Source: Candidatus Moraniibacteriota bacterium
GTDB lineage: Bacteria > Patescibacteriota > Minisyncoccia > Moranbacterales > UBA1568
DNA: 64,000 nucleotides
NCBI GenBank assembly: GCA_013336285.1
Contig: JAAXTX010000004.1
Location: 624-64,623, forward strand
Direction: 5' to 3'
How positions within the stretch are numbered: the first letter of the stretch is position 1; each line of letters opens with the position of its first letter. The position numbers were made by a program, and so were the translations under genes. A model generated the notes under the pieces. That model saw nothing but the letters and a program-made list of their open reading frames with translations. It was not told where the DNA came from and searched no databases. This document shows positions 8,679 to 18,983 of the stretch, piece by piece.

Positions 8679-8763
8679 GATTATAGATATTTCCAAATCG
8701 TACTATTTTGAATCAAAAAACCCCTCTTGTCAATGAGGACTGCTTGAATGATTGCTATTACTG

Positions 8764-8835
8764 TGCCCCGACTAGGAATCGGACCTAGATCTCATCCTTA
8801 GGACGGATTCGCTCTATCCATTGAGCTATCGAGGC
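8764..8835 (-). tRNA. tRNA-Arg(CCT), with atypical G32 and C55
   Basis: Cloverleaf with GCCTCGA/TCGGGGC acceptor, anticodon loop GTCCTAA, T-loop TCCGATT. Confidence 0.85.
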
Positions 8836-8953
8836 AGTCCGCCGTCAACGGTTGAATATTTTCGTACCGTATTTCTTTAACCCAAACCATCGGGTCGTTG
8901 TCATTATTCCCTGAATTCCCTGACCTTCTTCCGATATTACATTGATGTAACGG

Positions 8954-9026
8954 TGGACCTGAGGAGACTCGAACTCCTGACCTCCTCCATGCCATGGAGG
9001 CGCTCTACCAACTAAGCTACAGGCCC
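8954..9026 (-). tRNA. tRNA-Ala(GGC)
   Basis: GGGCCTG acceptor with G3:U70, CCTCC-ATGGCAT-GGAGG anticodon arm. Confidence 0.95.
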
Positions 9027-9164
9027 TACTGCCTTCAAATAGTACCGATATTCACGAATGAAGTCAAACATTGTAAATCATTATTATGACATATACCTGT
9101 ATTATGTCAATTGTTTATTTACGGTATTTGTTTTTGGATTTGTTCATTTACTATATTCGTATTT

Positions 9165-9691
9165 TGTTCTACGTGAAACATTTTCATATGTCCTAGTATT
9201 CAGCAGTTATTTGCACGTTGCAAATACGGATCTGAATTTGTTTTCAATCATTGATTGGTCTACGTATTAGTTGTTCTACGTGGAACATAGAAAATATATA
9301 TAAAGAAATGAAAAGACTGAAGTAATGAAATATGTTTCACATGGAACATGATATTTGTTGATTCATGTCTAATATACATCCAACGCAAAATATGTCTAAA
9401 AATTGTAATTCGAATCTCAAATTGATCGTTCCGCAGAAAGAAGCTATATGTTTCACGTGGAACAACTAATCTAATTGATGATTTAAAATGAATTAATGTT
9501 ATTACGTGGAACAACTAATTCAATTACGAGAAACGAAAGTGTTTCACGTGGAACAAAAAATACATTACTGAGGAGTGGCTGAACAATCGTACGAGTATGA
9601 ATTGATTAAATACATGATTTGCACATTGAGGCTCCTAAATAGCGAAAGCATTAATAATCAAGGAAAAACGATAAGTGTTCTACGTGGAACA
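9165..9691. repeat. parS: cluster of seven parS-like 16-bp palindromes
   Basis: TGTTYYACRTGRAACA at 9165, 9272, 9333, 9449, 9540 and 9676, plus a 17-bp variant at 9497; matches the known consensus TGTTNCACGTGAAACA. Confidence 0.85.
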
Positions 9692-9699
9692 AATTAAAC

Positions 9700-9728
9700 T
9701 TGACATTAGATGTGAATTGTATCATAAT
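9700..9728 (+). promoter_or_regulatory. sigma70 promoter
   Basis: TTGACA-17 bp-CATAAT. Confidence 0.55.
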
Positions 9729-9855
9729 GCAAATAGAAATAGAATTTCAATGCCGTAAGATGCAGAAGAATATACAATAAAACAACAACCACAAGGATAC
9801 TTGGCAATATGTGGAAATTAGTGATATAATGAAAAAAAAGAAAGTGATAACAAAT

Positions 9856-10857
9856 ATGGAACAGAAAAAAGTTCATCGGTCTGTTCTCGGATTATCGAGG
9901 AAATTAGCGTTTCTTATATGTGGCTTGCTCTTCGGGAGCAGTGCCTTTTTTGTTTTCGCATTGGATGAAAAGGCTAATGCAAACATAGTCGAGGACTCGG
10001 ATCAGGACGGTCTCACGAATGCAGAGGAGCAACTATACGGGACAGATGCGACAAATCCAGATACGGACGGCGACGGATATACTGACGGTGTGGAAGTCCG
10101 AAGCGGATACAATCCCATGAAGAAGGCGCCCGGGGATAAGATTACAACCGATTCAGCACAGACCGCGACCGAGGATGGCCGGCAGGTGGGAGAGAATCTG
10201 ACACAGCAAATGTCTTCAAAAATTGCCGGCATCGTTCAAAATGCCGAAGTCAAGGACGACGGCACCGCATCCGTTTCGCTGGACGAACTGAATAGTCTTT
10301 CAGAAGAAATTGCGGCAGGAGGGCAAGATAACATCGTCCTTCCTGACGTTGATGTGTCTACCATAAAGACCAAAAAAGAATCATATACGAAATTGTCCGA
10401 CAAGGACAGAAAGGAAAAGGTGAAGGAAGATATCACGGAGTATATGACCGTGATAGCATACATATTCGCAAACAATTCGCCACAGACGGTGAAGACTACG
10501 AACGATCTGCAGTCGGTATCGGATACGGTAGTGAAAAACGCGACTTCAGCGCTCACCGTTGGAAACCTGTCCCAAATAGATGCGCTCGCGGAAAATGGTA
10601 ACAAGATCCTGGAACAGGTTAAGGATGTCGAAGTGCCCGAGACGATGTTGGATACGCACGTGAAGGCGCTCAAGCTCGCGATGTATGCATCGGAACTTCA
10701 TGATAAGGCTCCTGCCACGACAGACGAAGATCCCATTCAGTCGATCAAGACCTTGTCATATACACAAGGTTTGCTGAACGTAGCAAGTAGTTTTGCGATC
10801 GATGTACAAAAGAAGCTGGCTGATGAAGGCATTTCGGAAATTCCAATAGAGTTCTAG
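9856..10857 (+). CDS. exported protein with bacterial thrombospondin-3-like Ca-binding repeats
   Basis: N-terminal hydrophobic segment; DSDQDGLTNAEE...NPDTDGDGYTDGVEV; start uncertain (9811/9829/9856). Confidence 0.85.
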   Translation: MEQKKVHRSVLGLSRKLAFLICGLLFGSSAFFVFALDEKANANIVEDSDQDGLTNAEEQLYGTDATNPDTDGDGYTDGVEVRSGYNPMKKAPGDKITTDSAQTATEDGRQVGENLTQQMSSKIAGIVQNAEVKDDGTASVSLDELNSLSEEIAAGGQDNIVLPDVDVSTIKTKKESYTKLSDKDRKEKVKEDITEYMTVIAYIFANNSPQTVKTTNDLQSVSDTVVKNATSALTVGNLSQIDALAENGNKILEQVKDVEVPETMLDTHVKALKLAMYASELHDKAPATTDEDPIQSIKTLSYTQGLLNVASSFAIDVQKKLADEGISEIPIEF

Positions 10858-10867
10858 TCGTATACCT

Positions 10868-11869
10868 ATGAAAAACGGAATTATTGTTCGCATAATCGCG
10901 GGCGTGATAATCTCTTCATCTACGCTTATATTGACGGCTCCGCCAGCCCGGGCGGATTATTGGGGGATGGCGATCGCGGCAACGATACTTAATCAATCTT
11001 TGACGAAGATTCAAAAGCAGATAGAGGGGATAATGCTGGCCGTCCTAAAAACGACGGCGATTTCCGTGATTCAGTCGAATGTAAACAGCATGATCGGCGG
11101 ATCAAATGCAAGCGACACGAAAATTATTACGGATTGGCAAAAATATCTGTATGATGATCCCACTACGACGACAAAGACGTACATGACCAGTTATCTGACG
11201 AGTGCGACTGGTGGAAGATCCACGGGAAATTACAGTAGCGATTGGAGTACGTATCTTCAATCTTCGGCTAAGTCGAATCTCATAACCGGTTCCGATGCGA
11301 CCATGCTGACGAGCAATATGGATGAAATAGTGTCCAATCCCAAGTCGTCGCTTGATAGTGGAAATCTTCTCGCGTACGACGCATATTGGAGTAATCCGAT
11401 GAATAATCCTTACGGGTTTACCATGATTGCCCAGAATCAGGAGCAGTATAAGCTCTCCCAGGAGCAACAGAAGCAATATGTGAAGTCGATTTCACACGGA
11501 TATGACAGCGTCGAGAAGAACGGAAAGGTTATTCTCCCCGGAAGCACCGTAGGCCAGATCGTCGCTGATTCGCAAAATATCGGGAATAACGTCATAGCTT
11601 CCTCTCAAAGCCCCTACGAACTTGCCAGCGGAGTCGTTCTTTCCATAGTGAACAAGGCTGTCACGAAAATGATTCAAAGCGGCGTTGGATCCATTCAGGC
11701 AAACCTGCAACGCGAGGTGAACAGCGTTACAAATAGCATAAGCTCCCAGGTCGGAACGATTTCAAGGACATCGGGTACCCTGTCAAAATACACGACCGAA
11801 GTCAGGCAGCAGTCGGGTACGACGGCGAACACGGCTGCAAACGCCGCAACGGCTATTCCTGTGAAATAG
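10868..11869 (+). CDS. secreted helical Ser/Thr-rich hypothetical protein
   Basis: Signal peptide ending PARA; 333 aa; operonic with the upstream gene. Confidence 0.85.
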   Translation: MKNGIIVRIIAGVIISSSTLILTAPPARADYWGMAIAATILNQSLTKIQKQIEGIMLAVLKTTAISVIQSNVNSMIGGSNASDTKIITDWQKYLYDDPTTTTKTYMTSYLTSATGGRSTGNYSSDWSTYLQSSAKSNLITGSDATMLTSNMDEIVSNPKSSLDSGNLLAYDAYWSNPMNNPYGFTMIAQNQEQYKLSQEQQKQYVKSISHGYDSVEKNGKVILPGSTVGQIVADSQNIGNNVIASSQSPYELASGVVLSIVNKAVTKMIQSGVGSIQANLQREVNSVTNSISSQVGTISRTSGTLSKYTTEVRQQSGTTANTAANAATAIPVK

Positions 11870-11892
11870 TTGCGGAAATCGAGATAAAAACT

Positions 11893-11920
11893 AAAACACC
11901 CGGGATATCCGGGTGTTTTT
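11893..11920 (+). terminator. intrinsic terminator
   Basis: AAAACACCCGG-GATAT-CCGGGTGTTTTT. Confidence 0.75.
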
Positions 11921-12026
11921 GATGTGAATATGATATTGAAATGAATCCATCCATCGCGCAAACCGATCGGAAAAAGGGGTGATATCATTATGCCGAGAAT
12001 CTTACGATACATGGTCAATCGCTCGG

Positions 12027-12100
12027 TGGGCGACACAAGATTCGAACTTGTGACCTCCACAATGTCAATGTGGCGCTCTAACCAACTGAGCTAGCCGCCC
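12027..12100 (-). tRNA. tRNA-Val(GAC)
   Basis: GGGCGGC acceptor, CCACA-TTGACAT-TGTGG anticodon arm, GTTCGAA. Confidence 0.95.
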
Positions 12101-12164
12101 AACGAACGATTGAATTCCCTGTTTTGCTAACCCTCTATCGCCTGAAGCTTTCAGCGGTCTGCGA

Positions 12165-13055
12165 TCATGCCTGTCCGGTACCCGGTATTTCCCTTTGTAT
12201 CATCTTTTCATCTTCTTGTGAAGTCTCAATGTCGATCGAAGGTTTCGGCTGTGAGGCGATGTATTTGAAAAGCTTGAGCCAGGCAGACTTGTTTACCGCG
12301 TTCAAATATGAAAATGCGGCTACGATAAGGAAAGAAATTGCGGATATTTTCATTACGGAGAAGGGAAACAGGGTCAGGATCGGGTCAATAACCGACGCCA
12401 GGACCGATGATAGTGTCAAATTGACAAGGATGGAAACCATACCGAATATCAGACTGGATGATATCCGCTTGCGGAAAAGTCCGTATCCTAGATCGATACC
12501 GGTACGTAACGAAACGTTCGAGAGAATAATGTGAAAACTCGAATACGTTTTTGAGTAGAATAACTGTGTCAGTGTGAAGATGTAGATCGCCGCTCCGAAG
12601 ATGAGAAGTATCACGGAGACAGGACTCTCACGACCCGAAAGAAAATATGGGTAAGTGAGCAGGATACCGAGAATTAGCCCAGTAAGCAAGAATCCCGCTT
12701 CGAGTAGAAATATTCTTCGGACAGCTCCCGAAGCCTTCATCGTAGTAGCGACTAAACCCAATCTCTTGTCCGCCAGACTAACGACAAGACCGCACCCTGA
12801 CAGAATCGACAATATTGAAATAGGAACAAGCGCGAGAGCGAAGCCGGGATTTCCTTGAAACCAACGCAGAACCGAATCATGGTATATCTCCAACGGCATT
12901 CCATTCTGGAAAAGTGATACGAAATCAGTTCCGAATACCGCGGAAATCAACCCGAACAGGACCGCCGTCCGATTTCTCGGCACTTCCATGCCGGCCTCCA
13001 GAAAATATCCGAGGAATGTATACCATTCGCCATGTGATTTCCTGCTATTGAGCAT
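12165..13055 (-). CDS. multi-pass membrane hypothetical protein
   Basis: About six hydrophobic segments; start set at MLNSRK, overlapping the ftsH stop. Confidence 0.7.
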   Translation of the reverse strand: MLNSRKSHGEWYTFLGYFLEAGMEVPRNRTAVLFGLISAVFGTDFVSLFQNGMPLEIYHDSVLRWFQGNPGFALALVPISILSILSGCGLVVSLADKRLGLVATTMKASGAVRRIFLLEAGFLLTGLILGILLTYPYFLSGRESPVSVILLIFGAAIYIFTLTQLFYSKTYSSFHIILSNVSLRTGIDLGYGLFRKRISSSLIFGMVSILVNLTLSSVLASVIDPILTLFPFSVMKISAISFLIVAAFSYLNAVNKSAWLKLFKYIASQPKPSIDIETSQEDEKMIQREIPGTGQA

Positions 13056-14940
13056 TGCTCTCCGAAGTGACGTCGGAATCGATCTTATCGACATGCTGCG
13101 CGACGGCAGCGGTATCGGTTGAGATCTTTCCTGAAATGATAGCGTCGAAGTCGTCCTTTTCGATCGTTTCTTTTTCGAGTAACGTGTTAGCGATTCGGTC
13201 GAGAATAGCGCGCTTCTCCGTGATGATTTCAGTAGCCTTCCTTTCAGCTTCAGCCACGAGGCTGGCAACTTCGACGTCTATCATCTTCGCGGTATCGTCC
13301 GAATAGTTTCTTTCCTCGTGTAGCTCTTTTCCGAGGAAAATAAGCTCCTCCTTGTTTCCAAACGTACGTGCACCGAGCTTGCTCATTCCATAACGGGTCA
13401 CCATGCTGCGAGCCATGCTGGTCGCACGCTCCAAATCACTGGAGGGACCGGTGGTGGTATCGTTGAAAATCATTCTTTCAGCTGAAAAGCCACCCAGCAG
13501 CGTGGCCAGTTCGGAACGAAAATAATTGGAAGAGTGCAGGGTCTTGTCTTCGGTCGGCACGGCGAGAGTGTAACCGCCGGCATGACCCCGTGCGATGATC
13601 GAAACCTTGTGAACCGGATCGGCATCAGGAAGACTGGCTGCGACCAATGCGTGGCCGGCCTCGTGATAGGCGATTATTTTCTTTTCCTGTTCATTGATGA
13701 CACGGCTTCTCCGTTCGGGCCCGAGAATGACCTTTTCAATGGACTCAGCGAACTCGTTCATACCGATGGTTTTCTTTTCGCGACGGGTGGCGAGAATCGC
13801 TCCCTCGTTCACGAGATTCGCGAGATCGGCGCCTGAAAACCCAGGCGTGCGTTCCGCGAGACGACGTACGTTGACGTCCTTGGCAAGCGGTTTTCCCTTG
13901 AGATGAATCTTGAGTATGGCTTCCCGATCGTTGATATCGGGGAGATCCATCGTGACACGTCGATCGAAACGGCCCGGTCTCAACAACGCTGGATCAAGTA
14001 CGTCAGGGCGGTTCGTCGCCGCGATGACGATGACATTGGTATCGGTTTCGAATCCGTCCATCTCGACAAGAATCTGGTTCAGTGTCTGCTCCCGTTCGTC
14101 ATGGCCACCTCCGAGTCCGGCACCGCGGTGCCGTCCGACCGCATCGATTTCGTCTATAAATACGATTGCCGGTGCGTTCTTTTTCGCCTGCTTGAATAAA
14201 TCACGCACCCGACTCGCACCGACACCGACGAACATCTCGACGAACTCCGATCCCGAGATGTTGAAGAACGGCACGCCCGCTTCGCCGGCTACGGCCTTCG
14301 CGATAAGCGTCTTTCCGGTTCCGGGAGACCCGAGAAGAAGGACGCCTTTAGGAATTTTTGCTCCCATCGCGAGAAATTTCTTGGGATGCTTAAGGAAATC
14401 GACGATTTCCTTAAGCTCCTCCTTGGCTTCCTTGGACCCGGCGACATCGGAAAAAGTGACCGACTTCTTCTTGTTTCGGGGATCGAGCATTCTCGCGCGG
14501 GAAAGACCGAAATTCATAGCCTGTGAGTTTCCGCGTTGAGCCTGTTTCAACATAAACCAGACGAAGCCACCGACAAAAAGGAGCGGGATGAGGAAAGGAA
14601 GCAGCGCGGCAGCCCAGAACGATGCCCCGGATTCTTTCTTGATGTCGATTATGACCGCGGAGAGCTTTTCCTGATCGACGCCGTAGTTTTTTAGGGTTTC
14701 CGTAAGGGAAGACTCCGCTTCCTTGAGCGATTCAGCCTTTTTCCCGTCTGCAAGATCGATAGCAAGGTCATTTGCAGAGACTTCGATCTTGCTTACGTGC
14801 CCCGCATTGATTTCGGTTACCAGAGCGGAAAGTGAGAGTTGCTCCGGCTTTGGCGACTGCTCCTGATAGAGGAGGAGTATGCCGGAAACGACGAGAAAAA
14901 AGACTACTATCGTCGCTATATTTTTCATCAGTTTGTCCAT
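13045..14940 (-). CDS. ftsH: ATP-dependent zinc metalloprotease FtsH
   Basis: Two TM helices, [29 protein letters not shown]. Confidence 0.98.
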   Translation of the reverse strand: MDKLMKNIATIVVFFLVVSGILLLYQEQSPKPEQLSLSALVTEINAGHVSKIEVSANDLAIDLADGKKAESLKEAESSLTETLKNYGVDQEKLSAVIIDIKKESGASFWAAALLPFLIPLLFVGGFVWFMLKQAQRGNSQAMNFGLSRARMLDPRNKKKSVTFSDVAGSKEAKEELKEIVDFLKHPKKFLAMGAKIPKGVLLLGSPGTGKTLIAKAVAGEAGVPFFNISGSEFVEMFVGVGASRVRDLFKQAKKNAPAIVFIDEIDAVGRHRGAGLGGGHDEREQTLNQILVEMDGFETDTNVIVIAATNRPDVLDPALLRPGRFDRRVTMDLPDINDREAILKIHLKGKPLAKDVNVRRLAERTPGFSGADLANLVNEGAILATRREKKTIGMNEFAESIEKVILGPERRSRVINEQEKKIIAYHEAGHALVAASLPDADPVHKVSIIARGHAGGYTLAVPTEDKTLHSSNYFRSELATLLGGFSAERMIFNDTTTGPSSDLERATSMARSMVTRYGMSKLGARTFGNKEELIFLGKELHEERNYSDDTAKMIDVEVASLVAEAERKATEIITEKRAILDRIANTLLEKETIEKDDFDAIISGKISTDTAAVAQHVDKIDSDVTSESNAQ

Positions 14941-14949
14941 AATTCAGTA

Positions 14950-16041
14950 TCATTGCTTATTCCGTATCATGGTTACTCTATCACCTCTCGCCTCGATTTT
15001 CAACCATAAGGAGGAGTAGGTTCGAACCTTGCTTTTATAGCTCGATATAAGCTTTTCGGCTTCACGTATGAGAGCCGCAGTCGGATATTTTTTAACTCCA
15101 AGGACGATGCGGTAAAGTCTCCGAATTTCAGCTGTCCTGTCAGGCGGTGTCAGGCAGAGATACTCGTTCCGCGAAAATGACAAACCTCCCGGAGTGATGC
15201 ATGTCTGAAGTCCGTGAAAATCGGCGACTTTCTTTTCGAAATGCTCATCCAGAAGACGAGCGGTTCTTGCAAGCGTTTTCCGTACCCCTTTGCGATAGTC
15301 GCGATCCAGAAGGGGAATGAGCTCATGTCTTATACGGTTGCGGAGAATAGTCGTGTCATCATTTGTCTTATCGGTCCGATAGGTGAGTTTTTCAGATCGA
15401 AGAAACTCGAGGATGTCCTTTTTTGAGATCTCCAAGAATGGACGGATAATAGCGCCGTGTCTCGGTCGCATAGCCGCGAGGCCGTAAGGTCCGGTTCCGC
15501 GAAGGAGGCGAATGAGAACGGTTTCGGCCTGATCGTCTTCGGTGTGTGCAGTGACTATGTGATCGAAAGTCTCTATCCGGAGAATTTTTTCGAAGTATCG
15601 ATAGCGAATATCGCGCAGCTCTTCCTCATTCCGTCCCTGTACGATTTTTGGGCGGAAAACGTAACAGGGAACGTCATACTGATCACAAAGGATGCGGACG
15701 AATGATTCGTCGCCATCAGACTCTTCCCCACGGATTCGGTAGTTTACGTGAATAACTCCTATCCGAAGACGAAGTTTATCGCGGAGCGAGAGAAAAACAT
15801 GCAGCAGCGCTACGCTGTCAGGACCTCCCGAACAGGCGATCAAAAAAGAACCAGACTCCGAAAAAAGCCCGTTTCTGCTATCGTAACCGCGCACGCGCTT
15901 TATCAGGGCTCGTCCGAATCCTGATAATGGGACGTACGACCTAGCGACCCTTGAGGGTTCCGAGACGTTCCCTGATGTAGGCTTCCGCTTGGTCGACGGC
16001 TTCCGAGAGCTTCCCGTCCCGATTTTCGATGACGTAGTCAT
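14950..16041 (-). CDS. tilS: tRNA(Ile)-lysidine synthetase
   Basis: SGGPDS, HVNY, AHTEDDQAET, RNRIRH; start uncertain because this ATG overlaps gmk by about 100 bp. Confidence 0.92.
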   Translation of the reverse strand: MTTSSKIGTGSSRKPSTKRKPTSGNVSEPSRVARSYVPLSGFGRALIKRVRGYDSRNGLFSESGSFLIACSGGPDSVALLHVFLSLRDKLRLRIGVIHVNYRIRGEESDGDESFVRILCDQYDVPCYVFRPKIVQGRNEEELRDIRYRYFEKILRIETFDHIVTAHTEDDQAETVLIRLLRGTGPYGLAAMRPRHGAIIRPFLEISKKDILEFLRSEKLTYRTDKTNDDTTILRNRIRHELIPLLDRDYRKGVRKTLARTARLLDEHFEKKVADFHGLQTCITPGGLSFSRNEYLCLTPPDRTAEIRRLYRIVLGVKKYPTAALIREAEKLISSYKSKVRTYSSLWLKIEARGDRVTMIRNKQ

Positions 16042-16537
16042 AATATGGTTTCTCTTTCTCGATTTCCTCCCGTGCGTTATCGAGACGGCGTTCAAGCTCT
16101 TTTTCCGACATGTCGGGATTCCTGATTCGAAGTCGGTTAGCGAGAATTTCCAGGGATTCCGGCGCAATAAAAATCGTATCCGCACCGAATTGTTCCTTAA
16201 AGAATTTCGTACCTACGATGTCAGTGTTCGCTATGATGACGTTGCCGGATTCGAGATCGCGCGCCAATTCAGGCCGATAGGTCCCATAGTATGTATCACG
16301 GTTCGAAATGTACGAGTATTCGGGTATATTGCCGTTTTTCAATTCTTCTTCAAAGCGTTCCTTGGCGAAGAAAAAATAGTCTACACCCTCCAGTTCCCCG
16401 TCACGTGGAGCCCGAGTCGTAGCCGTTATGAGTCTTCTTGCGGGAAGTCTCTCCAATAATGCTTTCGTAATGGTGCTTTCCCCGCTTCCGCTGGGTCCGC
16501 TGATGACAACTATGTGTCCGGTTCCGTTATTATTCAT
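15941..16537 (-). CDS. gmk: guanylate kinase
   Basis: SGPSGSG, TTRAPRDGE.EGVDYFF, YYGT; P-loop reads GES rather than GKS. Confidence 0.88.
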   Translation of the reverse strand: MNNNGTGHIVVISGPSGSGESTITKALLERLPARRLITATTRAPRDGELEGVDYFFFAKERFEEELKNGNIPEYSYISNRDTYYGTYRPELARDLESGNVIIANTDIVGTKFFKEQFGADTIFIAPESLEILANRLRIRNPDMSEKELERRLDNAREEIEKEKPYYDYVIENRDGKLSEAVDQAEAYIRERLGTLKGR

Positions 16538-16609
16538 ACGGTTTTCGATGTGTTTCGGAAGTGAATGACCAGATAAGAAAAGTCCCGCACAAGGCGGGAC
16601 TCGGGGAGG

Positions 16610-17782
16610 TTATTCCGATTTCTTCTCCTCACCCTTTCCTTCGGCAGTCTTCTTTTTCTTGCCGGCGTCCTTGACCGGAAGAAGGCCCATGCGATGAGCC
16701 TGTTGCTCGATCGAAAGGATTTTCCAGTCATACGTCTCGCCAGTCCGGAAGATGTCTTCCATCTTCTGCCGCGGGTAAACGTCTTGGAACTCCGAGACGT
16801 GGGCAAGACCGTGGATATCGTCGTCGAGATATACGAACGCCCCGAAATGGTTGATCTTATCCACTTTGCCAGAAACGATCTGACCGACCTGATAACGCTC
16901 GAGTACGGCAGTCCACGGGTCTTTCTGGAGCGCTTTCATGGACAGAGAGATGCGCGTATCCTCGATGCCGATGATCTTCGCTTTCACATGATCGCCGGTT
17001 TTTACGATTTCTCGCGGATTGTCGATGAGCTGCCAAGCCAATTCCGAGATATGGACGAGTCCCTCGAGCTTCTGACCGGCCTTTTTACCGTTCGGATCGA
17101 TCGGGGCATCAAATTTGACGAACGCTCCAAAATCGACGACGCCGGATACTTCTCCCTCGATCATTTCTCCGGGTCGAAGTCTTCCGATAAGTTCGCGATC
17201 GCGTTCACTCTGCGCCGCTTTTTCGCTGACAATGAGCTTTTCGTTCTCACGGTCAATGTCGAGAATCCGTATACTGATCGTTTCTCCGATCAGGGAGCGA
17301 AGCATATCGAGAATCTTGTTCTTGTCACCGTCTTCAACGCGCGGATAGTGCTCGTTGGCGAGTTGAGAGACCGGAAGAAAGCCCATAATTCCGTTGAGTT
17401 CTACCATGAGTCCGCCTTTGTTGGCGTCCTGTACCTTCGTTTCTATGACGGATTTTCCTTCGAGTTTGTCAAAAAGATCCTCCCAGGCCTTCTCGTAGGA
17501 GGCTTCACGGATGGATATCTCTATATCACCGTCCTCGTTTTCGAAACTGACGAGTGTCCCGATCACTTCTTCTCCTACATGAAGCTTGGCACCTCCGGAG
17601 AGGCCGCTTTTCATTTCCTTGCCCAAAACGACACCGGTCCCGAGCGGGCCGAGGTCTACCAATGCCTGATTTGAGGCCACATGAATGACGGTTCCCGTCA
17701 CTGCGTCGCCGACGGAGGGAATCTCTACGGAATCCTCCTCAATTAGGTTTTCCAATACGGTCGAATCGCTTGCTTTTGACAT
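16610..17782 (-). CDS. rpsA: ribosomal protein S1 (four S1 domains)
   Basis: GFLPVSQL, FGAFV, GLVHISEL, GLAHVSE repeats. Confidence 0.9.
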   Translation of the reverse strand: MSKASDSTVLENLIEEDSVEIPSVGDAVTGTVIHVASNQALVDLGPLGTGVVLGKEMKSGLSGGAKLHVGEEVIGTLVSFENEDGDIEISIREASYEKAWEDLFDKLEGKSVIETKVQDANKGGLMVELNGIMGFLPVSQLANEHYPRVEDGDKNKILDMLRSLIGETISIRILDIDRENEKLIVSEKAAQSERDRELIGRLRPGEMIEGEVSGVVDFGAFVKFDAPIDPNGKKAGQKLEGLVHISELAWQLIDNPREIVKTGDHVKAKIIGIEDTRISLSMKALQKDPWTAVLERYQVGQIVSGKVDKINHFGAFVYLDDDIHGLAHVSEFQDVYPRQKMEDIFRTGETYDWKILSIEQQAHRMGLLPVKDAGKKKKTAEGKGEEKKSE

Positions 17783-17982
17783 AGGTCTTTATCATGGGCC
17801 GGTGCGCGTCCGTCCCATTGAATGATTATCGCGCAAAATTAACCGGAAGAACTCCGAATAATCGGTAGAAGGATGATACCCGGTAATTCGCACTTTGGCA
17901 AGGGCTGGCGCTTGGCAGGGCAGTGGAATACGTGCTAGACTGAAGTTCGCCGAGGTGGTTCGGTCTTCTTTTTATAGATTCT

Positions 17983-18642
17983 ATGAACATACAGTATTAC
18001 GGTGATTTTTGCTTCAAACTGACCACAAAGCCGGCTGGGAGAGCTACGGAAGAAGTCGTAGTGTGGACGGATCTTCCAGAAAAGAGCACCGGTATTCGTT
18101 CCCCTTTTGGACATGCCGATGTCGTTCTATTGTCGTACTTGAATCCGACGGATGATGTTCTCTCGGGACTTAAGGATGAGCCGGAAATCCTGTATACCCC
18201 GGGAGAATATTCCGTAAAGGGCGTGACTATCCTTGGATATCCGAGTTTCCGGGATGGCGTGGGAGGCGTGGAAAAAGGTCAGAATACGGTATTCGTTTTT
18301 GATTCCGAGGAGATGCGTTTCGTATATCTCGGCGGGATAGGCCATCCGCCTGACGACGGGTTGATTGAAAAAATAGGAGATGTAGACGTATTATTCATAC
18401 CTATCGGTGGTGAAGGAATCATTTCACAGAAAAAGGCGGATGAAATAATACGAGATATAGAACCCAAGATAGTCATCCCGATGCATTATCAAATGGAAGG
18501 GACGACTATACAGGCTGAAACGCCGGAGTCTTTTTGTAGGGAGACCGGGCGCAATTTTAATGACGAACTCGGAAAGCTTAATTTCAAAAAGAAGGACTTG
18601 GACGGGAAAAGCATGGAAGTGACGTTCCTAAAGAGAACCTGA
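17983..18642 (+). CDS. metallo-beta-lactamase-fold protein (several metal ligands degenerate)
   Basis: PGEYSVKGV, VDVLFIPIGG, PKIVIPMHY; no HxHxDH. Confidence 0.85.
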   Translation: MNIQYYGDFCFKLTTKPAGRATEEVVVWTDLPEKSTGIRSPFGHADVVLLSYLNPTDDVLSGLKDEPEILYTPGEYSVKGVTILGYPSFRDGVGGVEKGQNTVFVFDSEEMRFVYLGGIGHPPDDGLIEKIGDVDVLFIPIGGEGIISQKKADEIIRDIEPKIVIPMHYQMEGTTIQAETPESFCRETGRNFNDELGKLNFKKKDLDGKSMEVTFLKRT

Positions 18643-18647
18643 CTCAT

Positions 18648-18923
18648 ATGATGGCGTACATAGAGAAAAAAATCGAGGAAATTCGAAATAAACCGGAACC
18701 TATAAGGGTGATATATGTCTGGGGCATGGTGGCGGCAGTCATGGTTCTTGTCGTCTTCGTTTGGATATTTACGCTCCGCGAGAACCTTGCAACCGCCGTT
18801 CCGTCTGCCGGCACCGATGTGATCCAGGACGCTGTCCGACAGGATGATACGCGGAGTCAGGTGGAAAAGCCTTCGTTACAGGAATCATTCGGTGCGGAGG
18901 GCGCTACAGGAACTTCCAGGTAA
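18648..18923 (+). CDS. small single-TM hypothetical protein
   Basis: 91 aa, one TM segment, operonic position. Confidence 0.75.
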   Translation: MMAYIEKKIEEIRNKPEPIRVIYVWGMVAAVMVLVVFVWIFTLRENLATAVPSAGTDVIQDAVRQDDTRSQVEKPSLQESFGAEGATGTSR

Positions 18924-18983
18924 TCGGTGAGTCGGAAACGGGTGGGGGGGGGTGATGCATAAATAGTGATTCACTATTCTGTT

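Noticed and set aside
9165-9691. CRISPR array or oriC
   Set aside because: Repeats are 16 bp with irregular spacing and match parS; no TTATCCACA DnaA boxes or dnaA seen.
16694-17674. Long antisense ORFs (also 28318-29115, 32798-33643, 42380-43231, 53057-53836, 54826-55728)
   Set aside because: Shadow frames opposite confident genes, with no recognisable motifs.
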